From the NCBI GenBank assembly GCA_034722055.1, contig JAYENL010000234.1, positions 1-25,787 of the forward strand: a DNA stretch of 25,787 nt. The letters run 5' to 3'. Source of the DNA: Armatimonadota bacterium. Lineage in GTDB: Bacteria > Armatimonadota > Zipacnadia > Zipacnadales > UBA5352. Within the stretch, counting starts at the first letter, position 1; each line of letters begins with the position of its first letter. The position numbers and the translations under genes are program-made. The notes beneath the pieces are model-generated. The model was not told the DNA's origin and did no database searches. It saw only the letters and a program-made list of their open reading frames with translations. Positions 8,234 to 16,005 of the stretch are shown here, one piece after another.

Positions 8234-10149
8234 CGACTCAGGTTCCTGACCTTCACCTGGTCGTCCAGCGACACCCGGTCAATGGTGGCATCGGCCGGGA
8301 TGATCAGCGCGTCCGGGTTAGCCGGGTCCGGCTCCGGCTCGTAGTAGCGCTGCAGCGCCAGGTGCAGGTTCATGATCTCCTGGGTGGAGTAGTCGGCCTT
8401 GATGATGTAGTCGTTCTCCGGCGCCGCCGGATCGTAGTTGCGCCGGAAGTAGTACTGGATATAAACGCCGAACGACTCCAGCGTGGCACCGGTGGGGAAG
8501 TCGCCGCTGTCCACAACGTAGTCGCCGTTGTAGTCGAACATCCGCGGGCTGGGCGGCTGTAGCTCGTTGAACCGCACCTCGGCCCACTGGTTCGCATAGC
8601 TGTAGACCACCGCGAACTGCCGCGGCCCGATCTGGGACTGGTCGGTGTTCGTCGTCTCCGTGTAGGTCTCCTGATAGGGCTGACCGGCGGAATCCACCGC
8701 CCACACAACGACCCGTACGCTGCCCGGCACGATCTTGGCCGGCGCCAGCATCCCGTTCCGGGTGGCGTCGATCCGGTAGGCGATGGGCATCGCCGGATCC
8801 CCCGGCTGCGCCGTCGAGACCAGCGTCCCGCTGCAGCCCGGGTTCGGGCACGGGTCGCCGGGATTGTACTGCGTGGGATCGTAGGTGCCTCCGCACACAT
8901 TGCACGTCAGCGGCCCCAGGCTGGGATAGATCGGCACCACGTCCCACTGCCGCGGCGCCGTCTGCAGCACGCCGTCGCCGTCGTAGTCGTCTATCACGTC
9001 ATCCGGGGCTGGAGGCGCGGTGCTGCCGGGCCGGTATGCCTGCACTTGCAGATCGTAGTACTGGGGAGAGGTCCTGGGATCGACGTAGTCGGTGGCATTG
9101 GTGACATTCACCCACCGGCCCGTGGGCGCCCCCACCTGCACCGACCCGCCGTCGGAGTTCCAGGTCAGGATGGTGTTGGAGTCGTCCGTGGTCCCGTAGG
9201 AGTCCCGCTTGATCGACATGTCGGTGGGATTGACCACCATGATCCGCGGGTCCAGCGGCGAGGCCCCCAGCGTGGCCAGGGGGGCCGCCGGGTTCTGCGG
9301 CAGCAGGTCGTTCAGCTCCGTGGTGCCAGGGTTGTAGAGCCCTGCCCAGGCCGCGTGCCGCGCGCGAAAGATGGTGTAGCTCGCCGTCGGCTGCAGCACC
9401 TCGCCCATCATCCGCTCCGGCGCAAGCCGCAGCCCGTCATGGAGGTAGATGATGTCCCCGGTGCACCCGGATGGACAGCTTGTGATGTACCCCTCCACCA
9501 CCACGCCACAAGCGGTACACACCGACCGCGTCACCGGAATGTCATAGCCGCTGCGCGGCGTCAGGAGGTTGCGGATGGGATCGGCCACTCCGCCGATGTT
9601 CTCGAACTCCCACCACACCGCGTTGGCGTCCTCGTGTCTGGTGTAGTAGCCCTCCTCGCGCACCAGCACGAAGGGGTTCCCCTCGCTGTAAGCCTGCGTC
9701 TCATCCCGCGGCGTCACCCGTATACGCGTGGCAACAATCCGCCCGAGACTGTCCATTCGCGGGGACAGCGGCTCTACCAGCTCCCCAGTCGCGGTGCGCT
9801 CGGGCCCCACGAACACCAGCTCCGAGTGATTGGGGATGCGCACGTCGTCGGCCGTCCCCAGCAGCCCGTCGGCGCCCTTCAACTGCACGCCCGGCGTGGG
9901 GTAGATGTATACGGCGTTGCTGATCTCCCGGCGCATCTCCGCCATCGCGTTCCGAACCGCGCTCTGCATGGTCACCCGCGACTGGCCCAGCGTCACCATG
10001 TCCAGACTCGCGATCATCGGCGCGAACAGCATCCCGAAGAGGATGACTAGGATCGCCAGCACCACCAGGACCTCGATGAGCGTGAAGCCGGCCCTGCCGG
10101 GACCTCGCGCCATCGACCTCTTGTCACCGCACACGCAGCGTGCCATCAT
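8230..10149 (-). CDS. Large prepilin-type protein (PilW/GspJ-like, 639 aa) with two Cys4 clusters
   Basis: Class III signal GRAG|FTLIEVLVVLAILVILFGMLF, followed by a PilW/GspJ-like helix QSAVRNAMAEMRREISNA. GGAG RBS at 10157-10160. Confidence 0.85.
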   Translation of the reverse strand: MMARCVCGDKRSMARGPGRAGFTLIEVLVVLAILVILFGMLFAPMIASLDMVTLGQSRVTMQSAVRNAMAEMRREISNAVYIYPTPGVQLKGADGLLGTADDVRIPNHSELVFVGPERTATGELVEPLSPRMDSLGRIVATRIRVTPRDETQAYSEGNPFVLVREEGYYTRHEDANAVWWEFENIGGVADPIRNLLTPRSGYDIPVTRSVCTACGVVVEGYITSCPSGCTGDIIYLHDGLRLAPERMMGEVLQPTASYTIFRARHAAWAGLYNPGTTELNDLLPQNPAAPLATLGASPLDPRIMVVNPTDMSIKRDSYGTTDDSNTILTWNSDGGSVQVGAPTGRWVNVTNATDYVDPRTSPQYYDLQVQAYRPGSTAPPAPDDVIDDYDGDGVLQTAPRQWDVVPIYPSLGPLTCNVCGGTYDPTQYNPGDPCPNPGCSGTLVSTAQPGDPAMPIAYRIDATRNGMLAPAKIVPGSVRVVVWAVDSAGQPYQETYTETTNTDQSQIGPRQFAVVYSYANQWAEVRFNELQPPSPRMFDYNGDYVVDSGDFPTGATLESFGVYIQYYFRRNYDPAAPENDYIIKADYSTQEIMNLHLALQRYYEPEPDPANPDALIIPADATIDRVSLDDQVKVRNLSR

Positions 10150-10206
10150 TGCCTGTCTCCAGCTACATATGTTCCGTGATATCTCGCTGGACCTGTCCCC
10201 CCATCA

Positions 10207-10246
10207 CCGGGGCACCCTCCCTGGGCAGTATACCCCAGGGCCCCGG
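10207..10246. other. Stem-loop immediately after the stop of the 256-aa pilin gene
   Basis: Outer arms CCGGGG (10207-10212)/CCCCGG (10241-10246) and inner arms CCCTGGG (10219-10225)/CCCAGGG (10234-10240). No U-tract. Confidence 0.5.
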
Positions 10247-10249
10247 CCC

Positions 10250-11020
10250 CTATCCCGACGCGTCCTCGTGATCGACCTTCCAGGCCGCGTCCGGACCCAC
10301 AGCCGGGTCCGTCATGATCTCCTCGCTCACCCGGCCCACGCTCCCGTCCCAGAACAGCACGTAGTACTGCCCCACCCCGCCCTCAGTCATCGTTGCCGTG
10401 TGGAACCCGCACCACGTCACCACCGTGTCGTCCGCGGGACGCCAGCCGGGCATCACCACCGGCACCGGCGACGTGCCGCCCACATCGGCGCACGGTTGAA
10501 GCTGCCGGCGATAGTGGGGATCCGTGTCATCCGTCACGCCCCGGCTGTTCAGGTAGGAGTACTCGTTCAGCGTGGTGTCCGCCGCGACCGGCTTCTCCAG
10601 GTCGCGCCGCATGTAGCTCTGGAAGTACTCGTCTGACTCCGGATCCGCGTAGACGTCTCTGGGGCAGTGCAGCGTGCGTCGCCGCCCCAGGTGCCCGGTC
10701 TCATACAGCGCCAGCAGCCCCGGTCCACTGGGCGGATCGTCCGGCGTCTGGCTGGCATCGATATAGTAGGGTGGCGCTCCCCCTTCATCGGCCTCATACA
10801 TCCGCAGCGCCTGACCGATCTGCTGAAGCTGCGCCTTACACTCCATCTGCTGGTTGCTATCCCGCAGCGCCTTGCCCGTAGGGATCATGATCCCCATCAG
10901 CAGCACGGCGATGCCGATGACCACCAGCAGCTCTGTCAGCGTGAAGCCTCCGCGCTCTCTCAGGCAGCCGACCGTGCAGTCCATTGCTGCTGTCACTGTC
11001 CTCCGACTCGGCGCCGCCAT
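10250..11020 (-). CDS. Prepilin-type N-terminal cleavage/methylation protein (256 aa), paralog of 12750..13502
   Basis: RGG|FTLTELLVVIGIAVLLMGIMIP, then CKAQLQQIGQALRMY, LHCPRD and TVVTWCGFH...VLFWDGSV. These resemble the PVC/Armatimonadota DUF1559/H-X9-DG-type pilin-like proteins. Start could be slightly downstream (ATG 10984). Confidence 0.85.
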   Translation of the reverse strand: MAAPSRRTVTAAMDCTVGCLRERGGFTLTELLVVIGIAVLLMGIMIPTGKALRDSNQQMECKAQLQQIGQALRMYEADEGGAPPYYIDASQTPDDPPSGPGLLALYETGHLGRRRTLHCPRDVYADPESDEYFQSYMRRDLEKPVAADTTLNEYSYLNSRGVTDDTDPHYRRQLQPCADVGGTSPVPVVMPGWRPADDTVVTWCGFHTATMTEGGVGQYYVLFWDGSVGRVSEEIMTDPAVGPDAAWKVDHEDASG

Positions 11021-11045
11021 TACGAACCGCCTCTCTCCTCGCTGC

Positions 11046-12707
11046 TCACAGCAGCGGCTCCGGGGTCAGGAAGGTGTCGATGCTCACCATCTGCGGGCGC
11101 CCCGCATCATCGTGCCACCAGCCGCGCACTGTCAGGGACACGCCCTGCACCCCCATGATGCCCACCACATTCGGCTGATCCAGCACCACGGACAGGGTCT
11201 GCGCGTCCACCACGTGCAGCTCACCGGCTATCCGGTTGTAGGGCGCGGCCGTGCCCGCCAGGTAGTCCACCGTGATCGCCTGGCCGGCCGCCGACTCCGG
11301 GAACTGCAACTGCGTGTACGCGGCGTCAGCCGGCCACGGCTGGGCCCGGAAGTAACGGTAGTCCACCTTGTCGCTCTCATCCAGCGCCGGGTCCGGGTCC
11401 TGATATGTCTGCATGATCGGCTCTTCCAGGAAGTACGCCGGCGCCTTCTGCACCGCGATCATATGCCCGTCGAGCGTCCGGTAGTAGACCCGCAGCTCCC
11501 GCCCGTGCGCATCGGCCGGAGCCAGCGGCGAGGTGGGGTCCTCCCAATCCAGCGTCACCGTCCCCTCCAGCGTGTCCAGGTGCAGCCACGGCTCCACGTC
11601 CGTCCAGGCCTGTCCGGTGAGCAGGTCCAGGACCAGCACCCGAGCAGGGGTGGGCAGGGGATTGCCCAGCACATCCGTATCGTATAGCGGTATGTCATCG
11701 TGGATCCCGCCGAACTTCAGGTCCACCTGGTAAGGCCGCTGCGTGGGCGCTGCCATCTCCTCCATCATCACCGGCATCCGCCGGAGATGACGGTTGACGT
11801 CCGGCTCGCTGCGAAGCTGGTAGTTGACGTGCATCGCCTGGCCCGCGTCCTCCGAGGGCAGCAGCAGCGTCGCGCCGTAGGTGCTCTCCAGCACGGCTGT
11901 GTCGGGCGCCACATCCCCCGCCTGTCCGATGACCACACTGTAGCGCACCAGCGCCGTGGCCTCCGCCATCTCCGGCACCACGTTCGTGAAGACCGGGCCG
12001 GCCGTCAACTCCGCCGCCCGTACCGGCAGCACCGGCTGCGTCCAGGCGTAGTTGCTGTTCATCACGACCTCGTCGGTGACCCAGTGCGGCGTCGCGGTAT
12101 CATCCATCCAGCAGTAGTTCACGCGCGCGGTGGCGTACTGAGGGGGCGCATACAGGTAGCCCGCCGCGTCGAGATAGAACCGCCCCTCAGGGACCGCCCC
12201 GCCCGGCGGCGGCTGAGGCACTCGCTCCAGCTTCACAAGCTTGAACACCTGCAGGCAGCCATCGACGTTGGCTGGGTCCTGGATGCTGGCAGCGCCGAGC
12301 TTCAGCGGGTAGACTGACACCGGCGAGGCCGGCTGCGGCCCCGGCACCTCAAAGGTCTCGCCCAGCACCCACGTCAGGTCGTCCCGGGCGTTGCCCTCCG
12401 GCGGGGTCATCTCCTCATCCGGCCATACCTCCGGGCCGATGACAGACCCATCCACCGGATCGTGGCCGGCGATGGCCTCCGGCAGACACTGCGGCTCGGC
12501 CTTCAGCCGCTCCAGCCACTGCTCGCACAGCCCTGCCATCTCGGTGCGCACGCGCTCCCCCTCGATGTTCACGAACAGCGGCGGGAAGCCACGCACCACC
12601 GCGTAGATGCCGATCAGCAGGATGGACATCGCCACCAGCAGCTCGGTAAGCGTCAGACCACCACGCCGATGCCGTCTCGCTCTCATGCCGCTTCTCACCA
12701 TCTGCAT
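11046..12707 (-). CDS. Large prepilin-type protein (PilV/GspI-like, ~553 aa) with internal repeats
   Basis: RRGG|LTLTELLVAMSILLIGIYAVVRGFP is a PilV-like N-terminus (E+5, I.L.G. pattern). Start may be ATG 12701, which has better spacing to the GGGAG RBS. Confidence 0.85.
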   Translation of the reverse strand: MQMVRSGMRARRHRRGGLTLTELLVAMSILLIGIYAVVRGFPPLFVNIEGERVRTEMAGLCEQWLERLKAEPQCLPEAIAGHDPVDGSVIGPEVWPDEEMTPPEGNARDDLTWVLGETFEVPGPQPASPVSVYPLKLGAASIQDPANVDGCLQVFKLVKLERVPQPPPGGAVPEGRFYLDAAGYLYAPPQYATARVNYCWMDDTATPHWVTDEVVMNSNYAWTQPVLPVRAAELTAGPVFTNVVPEMAEATALVRYSVVIGQAGDVAPDTAVLESTYGATLLLPSEDAGQAMHVNYQLRSEPDVNRHLRRMPVMMEEMAAPTQRPYQVDLKFGGIHDDIPLYDTDVLGNPLPTPARVLVLDLLTGQAWTDVEPWLHLDTLEGTVTLDWEDPTSPLAPADAHGRELRVYYRTLDGHMIAVQKAPAYFLEEPIMQTYQDPDPALDESDKVDYRYFRAQPWPADAAYTQLQFPESAAGQAITVDYLAGTAAPYNRIAGELHVVDAQTLSVVLDQPNVVGIMGVQGVSLTVRGWWHDDAGRPQMVSIDTFLTPEPLL

Positions 12708-12749
12708 GCTCCCGTTGCTCTCGCGATGCCGCTCCCGCCTGGAGAGCGA

Positions 12750-13502
12750 TCAGTCCTGCTTCTCGAACAGACTGGCGCCGTCGCTCCCGGGCTGCTGCCA
12801 CACCTGCACGTGGATGCGCTCGCTCTCGCCATCCAGGCGCACGATGGGGTCGATCTCGTCCTGCGGCTGGGTGTAGAACTCCCGGTGCTGGTAGCAGTGC
12901 GTCACCACGGTGTACTCCGGCGCGTAGCGGTTCATCAGCCGTGGATACTTCCGCCAGCCGCGTTCCAGCCACGCCGGCGGGGAGGGATTCGCCGGGGTGG
13001 GCAGCAGCGGCGTGTCACGGTCCCAGCCCTTCACGTCGTAGCCGTGATAGTTGTAGGTGATCATCTGGTTGCCGGTATCGGAGTCAACCGCGAACTCCCA
13101 GGGATTCGCTGCAGAGGGATCCTCAGCCAGGTTGATGACGCCATTGTAGGTGCTGTAGCGCCGCTGCTTCGCCTCCTCGGGCTTGCCGAAGAACGTCCGG
13201 TCGGCCGGGCAGACCAGCGACTCCCACTCCTCCACGAAGTCCGGATACAGCGCGGAGAAGCCGCCCGTGTACATGCCCAGTGTCTCGTTATACTCCGGCC
13301 GGGGGGGATATTCGCGCCAGCGCCGCTTGTAGTTCTCAAGAGCTTGTACCAGGTTCGTGATCTTCGTCTGGCACTGGGTCATGACAGCGTTCTGCCGGGC
13401 GCCCTGAATCGCAGGGACCAGAATCGCCACGAGCACCACAATGATGGAGATGACGACCAGCATCTCCACCAGCGTGAAACCGCTCCTGTCGTTCCACGTC
13501 AT
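12750..13502 (-). CDS. Prepilin-type N-terminal cleavage/methylation protein (250 aa), paralog of 10250..11020
   Basis: Start reassigned to ATG 13502 (GGGAGG RBS 9 nt upstream): MTWNDRSG|FTLVEMLVVISIIVVLVAILVPAI, CQTKITNLVQALENY, LVCPAD, TVVTHCYQH...IVRLDGES. Confidence 0.88.
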   Translation of the reverse strand: MTWNDRSGFTLVEMLVVISIIVVLVAILVPAIQGARQNAVMTQCQTKITNLVQALENYKRRWREYPPRPEYNETLGMYTGGFSALYPDFVEEWESLVCPADRTFFGKPEEAKQRRYSTYNGVINLAEDPSAANPWEFAVDSDTGNQMITYNYHGYDVKGWDRDTPLLPTPANPSPPAWLERGWRKYPRLMNRYAPEYTVVTHCYQHREFYTQPQDEIDPIVRLDGESERIHVQVWQQPGSDGASLFEKQD

Positions 13503-13568
13503 TGTACAACGCCTCCCGAATGATGCTGGCGGCGCCAGCGCTCCCGCAGCTCGCCTCTCTACTAGATT

Positions 13569-13598
13569 GGCGCGGCCGCCGAGACCGACGCCCGCGCC
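13569..13598. other. Stem-loop in the pilD-to-first-pilin intergenic region
   Basis: GGCGCGG/CCGCGCC outer arms plus an inner 5-bp stem around a 4-nt loop. No U-tract. Confidence 0.45.
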
Positions 13599-13674
13599 GT
13601 CCACTCACCTTCTACCCGACCGCGGACGCAGCTAAACCTTCCAGAGCCCGGCGCCATAATGTCTCACACTGCCT

Positions 13675-14574
13675 CTATCCGATCGCGAATCGCGACATCA
13701 CAGCCGGCGTCAGAACATCCCCGAAATACACCATCGCCACCCCCGCTGCGGCCATCATAGGCCCGAAGGGCAGGTAGTCCCGACGGCCGCATCTGCCCAA
13801 TGCCATGCACACCACACCCACGAGCGCTCCGATCATCACCGATAGCAGGAAGTAGGTCAGGAACTGGTATCCCGGCCCCAGAAGCGCCCCCATCGCCCCT
13901 GCCAGCTTCACATCGCCCCACCCCATTGCCGGCCGCTTGAACACCCGCTCGGCCACAAAGGCGATGGCTATCAGCAGCCCCGCTCCCACCGCCGCCCCCA
14001 CCACCGACCTCGGTAGCAGCACGGTGTAGTCCACCCTGCTCGTCAGGCGCTCGTGGAACAGCACCATCGCCGAGCCGCCCTCCGCCACCAGCCGCATGCC
14101 ATCGACGAGCACGCCCACCACTGCGATGATCGCCACCGCCTCGTCCGGGATGATGTAGTGGTCGAGGTCGATGAAGAAGACTACGATCAGGCAGCAGACC
14201 ACCACGAACAGCAGCGGCGCCTGCAGCGTCGGTCCGTGGACGTGCCACGCCCCCAGCGCCGACAGCCCCATCGCCAACTCCACCACCATGTAGCGCGCGC
14301 TGAACGGCCTGCCGCAGTGCCGGCAGCGGCCTCGCAGCGCCAGGTAGCTGAACACGGGAAACAGGTCCACGACCCCCAGGCGCTCCCCGCAACTGAGGCA
14401 GCGCGAGGGGGGCGAGAGCAGGGACTCCCGCCGGGGGAGGCGGAAGATCACCACGTTCAGGAAGCTGCCGATGGCGGCCCCCATCAGGAACACCACCGCC
14501 AGCAGGGCGATCTGTGCTGCCGATGTGGGCCCCAGCGACCTCACCCCGCGGGTCGGCGAGCGTGCTGCACTCAC
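13675..14574 (-). CDS. pilD: Prepilin peptidase / N-methyltransferase (A24 family)
   Basis: GAAIGSFLNVVIFRLPR, two CxxC motifs (SRCLSCG, RCRHCG), catalytic Asp motifs FFIDLDHYIIPD and MGWGDVKLA, C-terminal LPFGP. The exact start (GTG) is uncertain. Confidence 0.96.
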   Translation of the reverse strand: MSAARSPTRGVRSLGPTSAAQIALLAVVFLMGAAIGSFLNVVIFRLPRRESLLSPPSRCLSCGERLGVVDLFPVFSYLALRGRCRHCGRPFSARYMVVELAMGLSALGAWHVHGPTLQAPLLFVVVCCLIVVFFIDLDHYIIPDEAVAIIAVVGVLVDGMRLVAEGGSAMVLFHERLTSRVDYTVLLPRSVVGAAVGAGLLIAIAFVAERVFKRPAMGWGDVKLAGAMGALLGPGYQFLTYFLLSVMIGALVGVVCMALGRCGRRDYLPFGPMMAAAGVAMVYFGDVLTPAVMSRFAIG

Positions 14575-14577
14575 GAC

Positions 14578-14606
14578 GCGGCGGCCGGCTCGTTACCGGC
14601 CGCCGC
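14578..14606. other. Perfect 11-bp GC stem-loop between pilC and pilD
   Basis: GCGGCGGCCGG-ctcgtta-CCGGCCGCCGC with no U-tract on either side. Confidence 0.6.
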
Positions 14607-14641
14607 TCACGGTCATGGTCAGTGTCCTGGCTCCGGCTCCG

Positions 14642-15880
14642 TCACTGGCTCAGGTTCGAGATGATCCCGATCAGCGGCAGGAACATCGAGATGACGATGA
14701 AGCCGACGATGAAGCCCAGCACCACGATCATGATCGGCTCGATCGCGGCCGTAAGGCTCTCCACCGCCGTATCCACCTCGCGGTCGTAGAAGTCAGCGAC
14801 CTTCTCAAGCATGCTGTCGAGCTGACCCGTCTCCTCACCGATCGTGATCATCTGCACCACCATCGGCGGGAACATCTTGCTCTCCGCCAGCGGGTCAGCA
14901 ATGGTGTCACCCTCGCGGATGCTGGCTCGCGAAAGCAGAACCGCGTCGGCCATGATGTCGTTTGCCACCGTCCCCGCCACCGTCTCCATCGCCTGCAGGA
15001 TCGGCACACCAGACGCCAGCAGCGTGGAAAGCGTCCGCGCGAACCGCGCCACGGCGATCTTGTGCGTCAGGCTGCCGAACACCGGGATCTTCAGGGCCAT
15101 GGTGTCCCACAACCGCTTCCCGGTCTTGGTGGCCTTGATCCGCCCGATCGCGATCCATAGCCCCACCACGATCAGAAGCATGATGTACCACTTCTGGATC
15201 ATGAAGTGGCTAACGTCCATCAGGAACCGCGTGGGCGCCGGGAAGTCGCTCCTCTCCATACCCAGGTCAAGGAACAACTGCATGAACTTGGGCAGGATCC
15301 ACACGACCAGGAAAGTCACAATGCCGATCGCCACAAGCAGAACCAGAATGGGGTAGGTCATCGCCGCCTTGATCTTCTGGCGCAGCTCCAGGTCCTTCTC
15401 CAGGAACACCGCCAGCCGCTCCAGGGTGTCGTCCAGAACGCCACCGACCTCGCCAGCGCGTGCCAGACCTACCGCCAGCTCGCTGAACACCCGGGGGAAC
15501 TTCGACATCGACTTCGACAGGGTCGCCCCGCCCTCCACCTCTGACTGGATGTCCCGGATGATCTCCTTCAGCCCGACGCTCGAGCTCTGCTGCTCCAGCA
15601 CGTCCAGGCAGCGCACCAGCGACACTCCGGCGTTGATCATGGTGGAGAACTGCCGGCAGAAGATCGCCAGGTCCTTGAGGCCCACGCGCTTGCCGAAGCT
15701 GAAGCTGAAGCTCTTGCCGGACTTCTTGGCGATCGCGGACGTCCGCTGCTGCTTGATGGAGGTCGGGTACAGCCCCTCATCGCGCAGGGACTTTATCAGC
15801 GCCTCCTTCGAGGACGCCTCCGTCGTCTGCTCGACTTCCTGGCCCTGCTTGTCCTTGGCCGTATACACAAATGTCGGCAT
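14642..15880 (-). CDS. pilC: Type IV pilus inner-membrane platform protein PilC (GspF family)
   Basis: MPTFVYTAKD N-terminus, FCRQFSTMINAGVSL, AGEVGGVLD, KIKAAMTYP, ARFARTLSTLLASGVPIL, GEETGQLDSMLEKVADFY, IEPIMIV. AGGAG RBS upstream. Confidence 0.97.
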   Translation of the reverse strand: MPTFVYTAKDKQGQEVEQTTEASSKEALIKSLRDEGLYPTSIKQQRTSAIAKKSGKSFSFSFGKRVGLKDLAIFCRQFSTMINAGVSLVRCLDVLEQQSSSVGLKEIIRDIQSEVEGGATLSKSMSKFPRVFSELAVGLARAGEVGGVLDDTLERLAVFLEKDLELRQKIKAAMTYPILVLLVAIGIVTFLVVWILPKFMQLFLDLGMERSDFPAPTRFLMDVSHFMIQKWYIMLLIVVGLWIAIGRIKATKTGKRLWDTMALKIPVFGSLTHKIAVARFARTLSTLLASGVPILQAMETVAGTVANDIMADAVLLSRASIREGDTIADPLAESKMFPPMVVQMITIGEETGQLDSMLEKVADFYDREVDTAVESLTAAIEPIMIVVLGFIVGFIVISMFLPLIGIISNLSQ

Positions 15881-16005
15881 GTCTCACCAGCTCCTGCTAC
15901 CGCAAGTGAGCCCCTCAGGTACATGTATTCACTGCGCGGTCGCGGCTGAAACGAGTTCGCCAAGATTTAACCTGCCACCGCCTCATCAGCCGGCACCAAC
16001 CTGCA

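Noticed and set aside
8833..9519. Possible c-type heme (nanowire-like) motifs in the pilins
   Set aside because: The motifs are CxxCG, not CxxCH. The CxxH motifs in the small pilins lack the second Cys.
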